Below, in pieces: positions 27,129 to 35,990 of a stretch of DNA of 59,821 nt. Origin of the DNA: a virus; the IMG/VR virus record IMGVR_UViG_3300037714_000050. The stretch is one strand, 5' to 3'. The position numbers were made by a program, and so were the translations under genes. A model generated the notes under the pieces. It saw nothing but the letters and a program-made list of their open reading frames with translations. It made no database searches and was not told the DNA's origin. The stretch's first letter is position 1. Every line of letters starts with the position of its first letter.

Positions 27129-28588
27129 GAGCGTACCGTCGGGCGGCTCAGGCGAGCAGGGGCCGTGATGACCGCAGGCTGCTTCTTCCGGGTCATCGAG
27201 ACGTGCCGGGGAACGATCAGCCCGGAGGCTGTACGGATCTCCGCAGGGCGTGCGTGCTCAGTCAGTTCGTGCATTCCGTGTACCAATGCGTCCAGTCGGT
27301 CGGGGGAGGAGCCCTGCCCAGGAATCCACTGGGTCAGTTGTTCCTCCAGTTCGGTCAGGCCAGGTACGTGATGCACGTGGCCCTGCTCGTACAGGGAGAA
27401 CACCGGCTCGGCACGGATCCACTTGCCTCGACGCGAGTTGACCTCGCGCACGCGCGGGAACTTGCTGATGTTGTCCAGCGTGGACTTCACCATCTCGCCG
27501 CCGTAGTTGTCCTCCACGACGATGGCGTCAGCCGACCAGTGGTCGTACAGGTCCACAGCACGCCGCGCCCAGCGCTCAGGGGTGTAGTGCCCGGAGGCGT
27601 CCTGGAGGATGTAGTACTCGTTGCCACGCTTGCCGATGACGATGATGCCGGTCTCGTCGGACTTGCTGTGCGAGGTACCGGCCGGGTCGATGCCGATGAC
27701 GATGCGGTCCATCTCGGCGGCGAACTCTTCAGCGGTGCCCGTGAGGTGGTGCTTGTTGCTCTCGATGAGGTCCCACGTCCAGAGCGCGCCCTCGATGTCT
27801 TCGAGTAGTTCGCCGTGAAGCTCCTGTCGACCGAGCCGTGTGCCCTCGAACTTCTTCAGGATGCGCTTGGCGAACTTCGGGTCCAGGTTCTTCAGGTTCG
27901 CGTACGTGGACACCCGGGTGGTCACGGTGTCGTCGTCCGCGAGAAGTTCCTTCAGCCACTTGATGGGCAGGGGGGTGGAGGTGACCAGCGCCTTGGCACC
28001 ACCCGGAACGTCCAGGCGGAGGCCCAGGGTCAGGTTGTCCCACACGTCGTTGATCAGGGGCATGTGCGCTGGCTCGTCCAGCCACGCGGCACCTGACTGC
28101 GGGCCACGCAGGGAGTCAGGCTCCTCGCCGGAGAATCCCAGGATCTCCGCGCCATTGCCGAAGGTGAACTTCTTCTTCGACGGCTCCCAGGTGTAGGAGA
28201 TCTTCGCGCGCTGGCAGACCATCTCCAGGCCAGAGTCACCCTCGACCATGGTCTCTCGGACGTCCACGCCGCGACGACCCACCATCACCATGCGGGGGAC
28301 GTGCTCGCTCATCTTGCGCATCCACTCAGCGGCCAGGCGCGTCTTGCCGCTACCTCGCCCGGACACACAGGCCCAGGTGGACCAGTCGACACCTTCCGGT
28401 GGCCACTGGTCCCCCCGGGCGTGCGGGTAGTCAGCGCCCTGGTGCGGTTCGCCGTCGCAGGATCGACCCCGCTTGCAGTACCAGAGCTTCGGGGGTTCCT
28501 TCATCGACTCCAGCATGGCTAGGGCGCGCTCCTGCGCCTGAGGGGTCCACTTCTTGAACTCCTCCGGGTCGAACTCTGGCTCAGCCAT
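27119..28588 (-). CDS. Terminase large subunit
   Basis: Walker A motif VSGRGSGKT. Start moved to ATG 28588 (MAEPEFDPEE). Confidence 0.9.
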   Translation of the reverse strand: MAEPEFDPEEFKKWTPQAQERALAMLESMKEPPKLWYCKRGRSCDGEPHQGADYPHARGDQWPPEGVDWSTWACVSGRGSGKTRLAAEWMRKMSEHVPRMVMVGRRGVDVRETMVEGDSGLEMVCQRAKISYTWEPSKKKFTFGNGAEILGFSGEEPDSLRGPQSGAAWLDEPAHMPLINDVWDNLTLGLRLDVPGGAKALVTSTPLPIKWLKELLADDDTVTTRVSTYANLKNLDPKFAKRILKKFEGTRLGRQELHGELLEDIEGALWTWDLIESNKHHLTGTAEEFAAEMDRIVIGIDPAGTSHSKSDETGIIVIGKRGNEYYILQDASGHYTPERWARRAVDLYDHWSADAIVVEDNYGGEMVKSTLDNISKFPRVREVNSRRGKWIRAEPVFSLYEQGHVHHVPGLTELEEQLTQWIPGQGSSPDRLDALVHGMHELTEHARPAEIRTASGLIVPRHVSMTRKKQPAVITAPARLSRPTVRSWS

Positions 28589-28736
28589 TGCTACGGGCAC
28601 GCAGTGTCTCCCTGTGCTTGCGGTACTCGATGACGCAGGCGTTGTGCCAGTAGCCGCCGAATTGACGCACGGCTCGGTCACCCATGTGCAAGGTGTTCCT
28701 ACACCGGGAGCATCGGGTGACGAACCGCATCTTCAT
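28581..28736 (-). CDS. Possible small zinc-ribbon protein (51 aa)
   Basis: MKMRFVTRCSRCRNTL...HNACV. Its stop overlaps the terminase ATG. Weak RBS. Confidence 0.3.
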   Translation of the reverse strand: MKMRFVTRCSRCRNTLHMGDRAVRQFGGYWHNACVIEYRKHRETLRARSNG

Positions 28737-28756
28737 GCGCCCAGGATGACATACCT

Positions 28757-29110
28757 CTACTTGACTTCCCAGGAACCGTAGCCCTCGCCGTCATCGAAGG
28801 TCTTGATCCAGTGGCCCGTCTGAGGGTTCTTCCGGTTCACCCAGTCCGGGTGGGCGCTGTCGGACAGGATCTCCTTGAACGACTCGCCCAGGTCGTGCGC
28901 CGCGAACGCCGCCGCAGCGCGCCGCATGTACGCGGGGAGCGAGATGCCACGAGCGAGCGCGGCCCTGCGCACCGCGATCCAGAACGTCATACCGGCGCGC
29001 ACCTGCTGCTTGCTGTACCTCGGCTTGTTGATGCCGCTGACTGCGCGCTGCTCCCAGCCCTCCCGCTTGCCGGGGTCAGGCCCCGCTACGTTCTTCTGGC
29101 GCTTCCTCAC
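28757..29110 (-). CDS. Hypothetical protein (117 aa)
   Basis: GTG start in GTGA overlap with the upstream small ORF. Confidence 0.55.
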   Translation of the reverse strand: MRKRQKNVAGPDPGKREGWEQRAVSGINKPRYSKQQVRAGMTFWIAVRRAALARGISLPAYMRRAAAAFAAHDLGESFKEILSDSAHPDWVNRKNPQTGHWIKTFDDGEGYGSWEVK

Positions 29111-29265
29111 TTCCGGACCTCCAGGGTGAAGCAGGGCATGAACGGATATGCGTGGCCGTCATCACGAGGGAGTGGCTTCGACATGGCTTCGATCAACTCT
29201 TGCTCGAATCGGTCCCAGCGTTCCTCGGGGACCGGCTGAAGGGTCTCAGGAATCTTCACGTACAT
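29107..29265 (-). CDS. Possible small protein (52 aa)
   Basis: MYVKIPETLQPVPEERWDRFEQ... Translationally coupled at both ends. Confidence 0.35.
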   Translation of the reverse strand: MYVKIPETLQPVPEERWDRFEQELIEAMSKPLPRDDGHAYPFMPCFTLEVRK

Positions 29266-29854
29266 CGTCGATCACCTCCACGTCGAGAATGTCTGCCTCT
29301 TCGAGTTCGCCATGCACCTGCCGGGCCATGGCGGAGACCCACTGCTCGATCTGCCCAGCGGCAGGGTTGTACGTGACGTTCAGCTTCTGCGGGGCGTCAG
29401 CGCCGTACAGCTTCGTGTGCCGGTCGATGACGACCATCGCTGTGCGCGCGTACGCCAGGTGGTCAGGGTCGGACGGGTTCGTGGCGCGGCGCATCAGGGA
29501 GGACAGGATGCGCTCCATACGCCTGGCCTCCAGGAAGCGGACCTGATCCACGTCCTCGACGGACTTCGCCTCGTTCGCCAGCGCCGATTCGACAGCGATC
29601 TGCGCATCCCGGTTCGTCTTGAACTCCAGGATCTTGGCAATGTCGCCCCACCCAGCGCCGTCGATCCGTAGCTGGAGCGCTGCGGCGGCACGGTTCTGCG
29701 GGATGACTTCTTCCTTGGGGTTCTCGATCTCGTCGGCCTGCTTCACCATGTCCTGGGAAGCCTTGCCACGTGCAGCGCGCTGACGCTCCACCCGTTCCCG
29801 GTCCTCCTTGCGCTCCTGAAGTTCCTTCAGCTTTCGCTCTGCGGGCAGTGGCAT
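29246..29854 (-). CDS. Terminase small subunit-like (HTH)
   Basis: AAAALQLRIDGAGWGDIAKILEF looks like an HTH. Lies upstream of the large terminase. Start MPLPAERKL. Confidence 0.55.
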   Translation of the reverse strand: MPLPAERKLKELQERKEDRERVERQRAARGKASQDMVKQADEIENPKEEVIPQNRAAAALQLRIDGAGWGDIAKILEFKTNRDAQIAVESALANEAKSVEDVDQVRFLEARRMERILSSLMRRATNPSDPDHLAYARTAMVVIDRHTKLYGADAPQKLNVTYNPAAGQIEQWVSAMARQVHGELEEADILDVEVIDDVREDS

Positions 29855-30369
29855 TACTTGCTCCCGTCCGAGGACCAGCCACAGCGCGGGCAGACACACA
29901 CGTGCCCGGAGCGCTGCTTGGCGAACTCCTCCTCGTTGAACTCCAGCGGTCCCTCCAGGGAGGCGCGCAGGATGTCCAGGTCCCCGTCCTGGTAGCCGGT
30001 ACCCATGAGGCCCATGTCTGTTTCCAGCAGGGACTCCAGGGTCTTCAGCATGAGGGATGGGTCATCACGCCCCAGCCGGGTGGTGCGGTTGTCTCCGACT
30101 CGGATGCGCGCACGCTGGTGGTCGTCCGTGACATGCACCTGGAGGACGGGGATCTTGTCTGCCCCGAGGGAGTGCAGCGCGTCGTACCGGGTGTGCCCGG
30201 CGATCAGCATCCCGTTCTGGTCGGAGATGACTGCGCCGTAGAAGCCGTTGGAGACGATGGACTCCACGACGGCATCCACGTCTCCGGAGTTCTCGTTCGT
30301 CGGGTCAGGCCGCACCGTTGAAATGTCAACGAGATGCGGCACGGACGCGGGGTGAAAGTAGACGCTCAC
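29854..30369 (-). CDS. ParB-like nuclease domain protein
   Basis: ...RPDPTNENSGDVDAVVESIVSNGF...IAGHTRYDAL... is ParBc-like. Confidence 0.65.
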   Translation of the reverse strand: MSVYFHPASVPHLVDISTVRPDPTNENSGDVDAVVESIVSNGFYGAVISDQNGMLIAGHTRYDALHSLGADKIPVLQVHVTDDHQRARIRVGDNRTTRLGRDDPSLMLKTLESLLETDMGLMGTGYQDGDLDILRASLEGPLEFNEEEFAKQRSGHVCVCPRCGWSSDGSK

Positions 30370-30539
30370 GCTTCCTCCTGCGGAACCTTGCTGATCATGA
30401 CTGTCTGTGTGCTGATGTCTTCGCCTCGGACGAGAGCCCTAGAAGCGCAGTTCGAGTGGACATAGACGTCGAGCCGCGAGTGATACACATACCACTCGCC
30501 GGGCTTGAAGTCGTTCTGGCACACATCGCAGGGGGTCAT
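30366..30539 (-). CDS. Small Cys-containing protein (57 aa)
   Basis: Internal start MTPCDVCQNDF. Confidence 0.4.
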   Translation of the reverse strand: MTPCDVCQNDFKPGEWYVYHSRLDVYVHSNCASRALVRGEDISTQTVMISKVPQEEA

Positions 30540-30687
30540 AGCTCTATCCGGGGGTCGGGGAGGTGTCGGTTCAGTAGCCAGCGCAGGCCCTTGCCGGGGC
30601 TGCCAGCGAGCATCTTCAGGATGGCCGCTTCGCGGGGGGAGACCTTGACGCACACGGTCACTGTCTTGGATGACGGGTTCGATACGT

Positions 30688-31089
30688 TCACGTCATGTCC
30701 ATGATGGTGATGGTCACGCCTGCCGGTTCCTCAGGCGTCTCGTAGTACTTCTGCGCTGACATGAGCACCACCAGGGAGTCGTCCACCAGGACGGTGGGCT
30801 GAAGTGCGTCCAGGACAGCGCGTACCAACTTGTCCAGGTCGCCTGCTGAGCGCATGTGGGGGTAGAGCCGGTTCTTCGCCGCCGCTGGGCGGGGGAACCG
30901 GAACGTCATGATGGCCCCCACGGGTCCCTCGAACAGGGGAGGGGTGTCCCCGTGCTCACGCGTGATCTGGTTGCGAATCTCGGCCATCCACGTCTTGACC
31001 TTGGTCTGCTCGATGAGCCGACCGTTGCCGACGTGACGCAGGGAGCCCTTCGGCAAGGGCTTTCCGTAGACGATGGTGTCGAACCTCAT
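30688..31089 (-). CDS. rusA: RusA-like Holliday junction resolvase
   Basis: GKPLPKGS...AGDLDKLVRAVLDAL...VDDSLVV. Confidence 0.8.
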   Translation of the reverse strand: MRFDTIVYGKPLPKGSLRHVGNGRLIEQTKVKTWMAEIRNQITREHGDTPPLFEGPVGAIMTFRFPRPAAAKNRLYPHMRSAGDLDKLVRAVLDALQPTVLVDDSLVVLMSAQKYYETPEEPAGVTITIMDMT

Positions 31090-31391
31090 GCTGGGCCGTA
31101 CGTCTTGTGGAAGATGTTCGGTTCGCAGCCGTAGAACTCACCCTCCACGCCCCGGATGATGTAGTACCCAGCGCGGGCGATCATGACGCCTTCGAGGGTG
31201 CTGATCGCCAGGTGGTGCTTCGCCTCGTCTTCTGGGCAGAGGCGGTCCTCAGTGAGGGCGTCGCACGCGTAGACGATCGTCCCGCCCTGGGACAGCGCCC
31301 AGTCGATGATCGGGTTCGCACCGCTCGCCGTCCCGTCCCACCGCATGGCCTCGATCTCGACGGGCAGCTTGGCCCAGCGCTCGGGCTTCAT
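31086..31391 (-). CDS. Hypothetical protein (101 aa)
   Basis: ORF with ATGA coupling at both ends. Confidence 0.6.
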   Translation of the reverse strand: MKPERWAKLPVEIEAMRWDGTASGANPIIDWALSQGGTIVYACDALTEDRLCPEDEAKHHLAISTLEGVMIARAGYYIIRGVEGEFYGCEPNIFHKTYGPA

Positions 31392-31651
31392 GACTGATCC
31401 AGGCGGACAGTGAGGGTGATGTCGTCCGAGAGTTCCAGTTGCATGACCGGCGCTGCGCCGAAGGCGAGGTTCCCGACGACGAGAGCTGAGAACAGCGCAG
31501 AGAACTCCTCGGACTTGATGACGTCTTCGGTGAGGGTGAGGATCACTTCCCCGAAGGCTTCGCTGCCCAGCGTGGTGGCCTTGGCTGCGGCGTCCTCGAT
31601 TTCCCGTACGTCATCGACGTCCAAGACGGACTGCCAGGTCTTGATATCCAT
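31388..31651 (-). CDS. Hypothetical acidic protein (87 aa)
   Basis: GGAGGA RBS. Confidence 0.6.
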   Translation of the reverse strand: MDIKTWQSVLDVDDVREIEDAAAKATTLGSEAFGEVILTLTEDVIKSEEFSALFSALVVGNLAFGAAPVMQLELSDDITLTVRLDQS

Positions 31652-31679
31652 GCTTCCTCCAGATAGGTATACCTAAAGG

Positions 31680-31838
31680 CTACCTCGGCTCACCACAGAC
31701 CACGCAGCGCCCGTCCATGTACCAAGGGTGCTCGCAGGGCTGTTCGTCCTCTGGTGGCGTGTACAGCGCACGATTCGCCCACACCGTGAGCAGCGCAGCC
31801 AGCGCGAGGAGCACAGGGATAGCGAGGAGCCAGATCAT
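31680..31838 (-). CDS. Small membrane protein (52 aa)
   Basis: MIWLLAIPVLLALAALLTVW... Overlaps the upstream stop. Confidence 0.45.
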   Translation of the reverse strand: MIWLLAIPVLLALAALLTVWANRALYTPPEDEQPCEHPWYMDGRCVVCGEPR

Positions 31839-32008
31839 GACTCGCTCACCGGGGTCTCGACGTAGCCCAGACCCGTGACGTGAAGCTCCAGGGTCCTCGT
31901 GACGAGAGCGCTGACAGTGGTCGCCTGCTCCGAGGCTTCCTGCTCCAGGGCATCAAGCACCCAGTGCGCGACACGGACAGTTCGGGTAGTCGTTCTGCTG
32001 CTCACCAT
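31835..32008 (-). CDS. Ribbon-helix-helix (Arc/CopG-like) DNA-binding protein, first gene of the - strand unit
   Basis: RTVRVAHWVLDALEQEASEQATTVSALVTRTLELH has a beta-alpha-alpha pattern. Abuts the direct repeats at 32022-32084. Confidence 0.55.
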   Translation of the reverse strand: MVSSRTTTRTVRVAHWVLDALEQEASEQATTVSALVTRTLELHVTGLGYVETPVSES

Positions 32009-32021
32009 GCCCTGAGGCTAG

Positions 32022-32084
32022 CAGGGGTGTACCCCTAGGGCCTCAGGGGTGTACCCCTAGGCATGGGGGAGGGGTGTACCCCAG
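32022..32084. promoter_or_regulatory. Three direct repeats of AGGGGTGTACCCC(TAGG) (32022-32039, 32044-32061, 32069-32084)
   Basis: Read directly, with 22- and 25-bp periodicity. The third repeat is enclosed by the inverted repeat GGCATGGGG/CCCCATGCC (32060-32095). Confidence 0.6.
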
Positions 32085-32107
32085 AACCCCATGCCAGATC
32101 CACACCC

Positions 32108-32125
32108 CAGAAAACATGTTTTCCA
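32108..32125. promoter_or_regulatory. Palindromic motif copy 3/13 (CAGAAAACATGTTTTCCA)
   Basis: In the divergent control region, on the side of the - strand unit. Confidence 0.6.
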
Positions 32126-32317
32126 GACCTTGGATCTGGCCCCCACCCCCCAGGTATACCAGTCGGGTCCAGGAGTGAAACCCACACAGTGAGCTGGCGT
32201 GCAGAGTCCTCTACACGTGTGGAACTTTTCCGGTGGGGTGTGGGGGTGGCAGGAGGATTTCCTGTCATGGAAGCCCGGTCGCTCTAGTCCTCTATCCCGA
32301 TAAACGTCGTTGCAGGT

Positions 32318-32335
32318 CAGAAAACATGTTTTCTG
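32318..32335. promoter_or_regulatory. Palindromic motif copy 4/13 (CAGAAAACATGTTTTCTG)
   Basis: In the divergent control region, about 95 nt upstream of the first + strand gene. Confidence 0.6.
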
Positions 32336-32428
32336 AGAAGTCACTCCGAAATGCTTGCCTCAAACCCCCCGAACGTGGCATGATGAGGGAGTCAGTCAAG
32401 CACTACCCACCTAGCTAAGGAGCACACC

Positions 32429-33202
32429 ATGACCACGAACACCGCGCCCCGACCCGCCGAGACCAAGGCACAGGCGGACACCCGCCGTGTCAAGGAGGCG
32501 GAGGCGCGCACGGCCGCCAAGGGCCAGCACGTGGACGCCACGTACGAGAACGGCAAGAAGGTCCGTTTGGACTTGCCCGCCTTGGCTACGGCCTACAAGA
32601 GGGCTGCAGCGTCGGGTGAGGGTTCCCGGGTCAAGGCGTATGACGCTGCTGTCCGTGCGCTGTCCATCGTGCCCTCGACCAAGTCCGTTAAGGGCGTGGA
32701 TGTCGCGCTGACGACGGAGGAGAAGGCACGCGAGGTGACCTCGGCGTTCGGCATCGGTACGGACGGTGGCGTCTTCAAGATGCGCGCCCCGCGTATCGCG
32801 CAGATCTTCCGCACGTACACGGCCCAGGGTGAGGCGGGTATCGACCCGTTCGCCAAGGAGGGCCACGCGCTGTTCACCAAGTTCGAGAACGTGCGTCGGT
32901 ATGACGCGGAGGCGCTTCCCGCGCTGTCGAAGGCGATCAAGGCGGACAAGGCCAAGGACGCCGACGAGCAGACGGGCGCGGTCAAGATCCTCGACGAGGC
33001 GATCGAGGCGGCCAAGGCCAAGGCCAAGGCGCGTACGGCAGCCGCCAAGGCGGCCAAGACGGCCAAGGGTGGGTTGAAGGACCTGACCGCCACGTTCGGG
33101 GACATGCTCCCCATGGTGCGGGACGCGGTCGCCAAGGCGACCAACGCCGAGAAGGCCGAGGCGCGTGCGGCGCTGGAAGCCATGCTGGCTCACCTCAAGT
33201 GA
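32429..33202 (+). CDS. Hypothetical Ala/Lys-rich protein (257 aa)
   Basis: AAGGAG RBS. First early gene. Confidence 0.7.
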   Translation: MTTNTAPRPAETKAQADTRRVKEAEARTAAKGQHVDATYENGKKVRLDLPALATAYKRAAASGEGSRVKAYDAAVRALSIVPSTKSVKGVDVALTTEEKAREVTSAFGIGTDGGVFKMRAPRIAQIFRTYTAQGEAGIDPFAKEGHALFTKFENVRRYDAEALPALSKAIKADKAKDADEQTGAVKILDEAIEAAKAKAKARTAAAKAAKTAKGGLKDLTATFGDMLPMVRDAVAKATNAEKAEARAALEAMLAHLK

Positions 33203-33210
33203 GCCGACCG

Positions 33211-33248
33211 GTACGGGGCGCGCTGTCCGTAGACAGCGCGCCCCGTAC
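33211..33248 (+). terminator. Hairpin terminator
   Basis: GTACGGGGCGCGCTGTC cgta GACAGCGCGCCCCGTAC. Confidence 0.65.
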
Positions 33249-33252
33249 GTCT

Positions 33253-33336
33253 GCCGAAACGCCCCTAGGGGCGTCTAGGGGATCGACATTCCCCTACTGA
33301 CGAGGCTGTCAGAAAACATGTTTTCTAGGAGGTCAC
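33253..33336 (+). repeat. Intergenic cassette A: GCCGAAAC + GC hairpin + GGGGATCGACATTCCC + CTGACGAGGCTGTCAG + palindrome copy 5/13 (33310-33327) + AGGAGG
   Basis: Aligns with the cassettes at 33579 and 34989. Confidence 0.65.
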
Positions 33337-33576
33337 ATGGTCCGCTTGCAGTTGGCTACCCGCGCGGAGGTCACGGAATCGAACGCGCTGGACATGATCC
33401 GCGCGGCGACTCGGAACGTGGCGGATGGCGTCGGACGGTTCGCCAAGGCGTCGTCGGATGTCACGTCCCGCGTGCGCACCATAGAGAGCAGCATCCCGGA
33501 CATGGTTGCCGCCGGTTGGGTGAGCGTCCCGGGTTTCCTGGTCTCGCGTGAGGGTCACGTGTTCCGCGTGCTGTAG
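33337..33576 (+). CDS. Hypothetical protein (79 aa)
   Basis: AGGAGG RBS. Confidence 0.65.
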   Translation: MVRLQLATRAEVTESNALDMIRAATRNVADGVGRFAKASSDVTSRVRTIESSIPDMVAAGWVSVPGFLVSREGHVFRVL

Positions 33577-33578
33577 AT

Positions 33579-33660
33579 GCCGAAACGCCCCACGGGGCGT
33601 CACCCGGGCGACATCCCGGGTCTGACGAGGCTGTCAGTCTTCTAGCTAGGGAGATTCACG
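33579..33660 (+). repeat. Intergenic cassette B (palindrome degenerated to GTCAGTCTTCTAG)
   Basis: GCCGAAAC + ACGCCCCacGGGGCGT + GCGACATCCC + CTGACGAGGCTGTCAG + AGGGAG. Confidence 0.55.
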
Positions 33661-33993
33661 ATGAACGCTCGAAAGCGCATCCTCGCGCTCATGCTCACCG
33701 GCCTCATGGCATCGGGCATCGGAGGAGGGGTCGCGGTGTGGCAGGCCGACACGGCATCGGACCCACGCCCCGTGCTGAGCGTGGGTGACGCGATCGACGG
33801 ACAGATCGTGTTCCAGGTCAACCCGGACGGTTCCTTCCTGACCGCGCCAGACGTGCCTTGCAGGCACGAGGACGGCTCGGACCAGGATCTGCCGTGTGTG
33901 TGGCGCGCTGATCGGCGCGGGAACCTCCAGGGGGAGAGTTACATCGTCATGCCGGGTGACGGTGACGGCGAGATCGTGTACTTCGACAGGTAG
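33661..33993 (+). CDS. Secreted or membrane-anchored protein (110 aa)
   Basis: N-terminal RKRILALMLTGLMASGIGGGVAVW. Confidence 0.65.
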   Translation: MNARKRILALMLTGLMASGIGGGVAVWQADTASDPRPVLSVGDAIDGQIVFQVNPDGSFLTAPDVPCRHEDGSDQDLPCVWRADRRGNLQGESYIVMPGDGDGEIVYFDR

Positions 33994-34068
33994 GGGCAGT
34001 CGGTAGTAGGGACCGCCACACACTCGCTGGGGGAGTGTGTGGCGGTCCCTAGTGCTTACTGCACTCCC

Positions 34069-34086
34069 TGGAAAACCGGTTTTCTG
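34069..34086. promoter_or_regulatory. Palindromic motif copy 6/13 (TGGAAAACCGGTTTTCTG)
   Basis: 22 nt upstream of ATG 34108. Confidence 0.6.
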
Positions 34087-34107
34087 GGGCCACAGAGAGG
34101 TGACGGC

Positions 34108-34218
34108 ATGCGCAAGCAACGGCACTCACTCAGCAACGGTCACGTCATCGCGCTAGGCACGGTGGCAGTGCTCATGGCAGCACTGCTCATGGCCGTGTTC
34201 CTGGCGGCGACGTGGTGA
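34108..34218 (+). CDS. Small membrane protein (36 aa)
   Basis: MRKQRHSLSNGHVIALGTVAVLMAALLMAVFLAATW with a GAGAGG RBS. Confidence 0.45.
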   Translation: MRKQRHSLSNGHVIALGTVAVLMAALLMAVFLAATW

Positions 34219-34228
34219 GAGGGGTCAC

Positions 34229-34738
34229 ATGCCTTGGCAACTGAAGTACCAGGACCAGAACGGCGCTAGCTGGTCACGGGACACCGAGGACTTCACGGAG
34301 GTGCTTGCCACCCTGGAGACGGTCACGGGATACGAGCACACGCGCTACTTCGGGGATAACCGGGAGTGGAAGGGGCGTTCCGAGGACTACGGGAACTGGT
34401 CACTGGACATCACGAACCTGACCACCCACACACGGGAGGGTCATGTAAGGAAAGTCCTCCCGCTGCTGGATGTGCGGGGGAACTGGACACGCTCACCGAT
34501 CATCGTTGCGCTACACGGCATGGTCCCCGGCAATGAGGGGGACATGCGCACGGGCAACGGTGACGCGGACTACGTGCATGTCACCCGGAACACGGACACG
34601 TGGCGCGCTATCCACATCCGGTCGGCAACGTCCTACACGGGTGACGACATTGACCGGGCATCCCGGTTCATCTGGCGCCACATCGTGGTCGATGCTCGCA
34701 GGTGGCAGGGCATCTTGGACGGGAAGGGGAAGTCGTGA
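34229..34738 (+). CDS. Hypothetical protein (169 aa)
   Basis: ORF track. Confidence 0.65.
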   Translation: MPWQLKYQDQNGASWSRDTEDFTEVLATLETVTGYEHTRYFGDNREWKGRSEDYGNWSLDITNLTTHTREGHVRKVLPLLDVRGNWTRSPIIVALHGMVPGNEGDMRTGNGDADYVHVTRNTDTWRAIHIRSATSYTGDDIDRASRFIWRHIVVDARRWQGILDGKGKS

Positions 34739-34989
34739 GGAACGGCGAACGGCAGACGTACAAGAACCGGTACGGCGTGAGGATCACGGTCACTAAGACA
34801 CGCTCCGGGACCGTGGTGCTACGCGCTCACAGCAAGACCACGCGGAACTTCTGGTGGACGTTCTCCACCTGGGATGAGGTGTTCGAGGTGGGGCACGGGC
34901 CTTATGGCGCGCTGCACACGAGCTACACGGAGTGGGCTAGCGCCACGTTGGCCAGGGCTCACGACATCACGCCAGCACACGTTCTCTAG
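34735..34989 (+). CDS. Hypothetical protein (84 aa)
   Basis: GTGA overlap. GTG after GGGAAGGGGA. Confidence 0.55.
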   Translation: MRNGERQTYKNRYGVRITVTKTRSGTVVLRAHSKTTRNFWWTFSTWDEVFEVGHGPYGALHTSYTEWASATLARAHDITPAHVL

Positions 34990-35075
34990 CCGAAACCCCC
35001 TGGGAGGGGGGTCGTGGGGATTGACATTCCCTGCCTGATGATGGCTGTCAGAAAACATGTTTTCTAGGAGGAACC
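34989..35075 (+). repeat. Intergenic cassette C: GCCGAAAC + hairpin + GGGGATTGACATTCCC + CTGATGATGGCTGTCAG + palindrome copy 7/13 (35049-35066) + AGGAGG
   Basis: Aligns with cassettes A and B. Confidence 0.65.
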
Positions 35076-35486
35076 ATGACAGGGCAGGTGACCGGGACGA
35101 ACGTCCGGTACGGGCCAGAGTTGCAGATCCTCGGCAGGTACCGAGTGTCCACCAAGGTGGACACGAAGAAGTTCAGCGGGGAGGCAGCGCAGAGCGTTGC
35201 CCGTGACTACATGTCACCGGGCACGGTCGGTGCGACGCTCGCTGAACTCGCCACGACCGGGCAGTGCAGCCTGACGGCGCTGCTGGAGGACATCAGGACC
35301 TCCAGGCAACAGCTTCTCTTCCCGGGTGGTGGCAGCGTGGCAGAGCAGGCGCGGCACGCTGCCAACCTGGACAACCTCCGGGGCTGGGCATTCGAGGTCG
35401 CGGTCGAGGTGTTCGAGACCGGGAACTGTGCCACATGCGGCGAGAACATCATGCATGACCGGACCCTCTGCGAGGACTGCGAGTGA
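35076..35486 (+). CDS. Hypothetical protein with C-terminal CxxC...CxxC
   Basis: NCATCGENIMHDRTLCEDCE. Confidence 0.65.
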   Translation: MTGQVTGTNVRYGPELQILGRYRVSTKVDTKKFSGEAAQSVARDYMSPGTVGATLAELATTGQCSLTALLEDIRTSRQQLLFPGGGSVAEQARHAANLDNLRGWAFEVAVEVFETGNCATCGENIMHDRTLCEDCE

Positions 35487-35968
35487 CCGACTACCGAGGG
35501 GCGCACCGACCGGCAAGCCCGGCCTATGGTGCGCCCCTTCACGATGTCGAGAGCATGATGCCGGACTTCTACACACGTCCGCAGTTGTACCGGAATGAGC
35601 GTCGGATAGACGGTCCGAGCATCAGCGCTGTCTTGGGTGCCAAGGGAAACCCGAACGCCCAGATATTCATCTGCCGGGCCATGCCGTCAAGCGCCAGGGG
35701 GCGATTCAACCTGGGTGACTGGGTGTCCACGTCCATCGCCTACGCCAAGCGTGAGGGCGAGTCCATCGATGGTGACGTGGTGATCGGCGCGCAGTTCGTG
35801 CGCGCTGGTGACCTGTGGACCGAGGGCAACAGCATCAATGAGTGGGGCTACTGGCCCATGTGCTACCAGTGCACGAACACCAACCGTGACACGGAGCGGT
35901 GCCCGAACTACGGCACCGACACCAGCGGTGCATGGCTGTGCGTGAACTGCTGCAAGGCGTGTTGCTAG
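35483..35968 (+). CDS. Hypothetical protein (161 aa, Cys-rich C-terminus)
   Basis: GTGA overlap. Confidence 0.6.
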   Translation: MTDYRGAHRPASPAYGAPLHDVESMMPDFYTRPQLYRNERRIDGPSISAVLGAKGNPNAQIFICRAMPSSARGRFNLGDWVSTSIAYAKREGESIDGDVVIGAQFVRAGDLWTEGNSINEWGYWPMCYQCTNTNRDTERCPNYGTDTSGAWLCVNCCKACC

Positions 35969-35990
35969 GACTTCAGAGAGAAGGAGGGTC

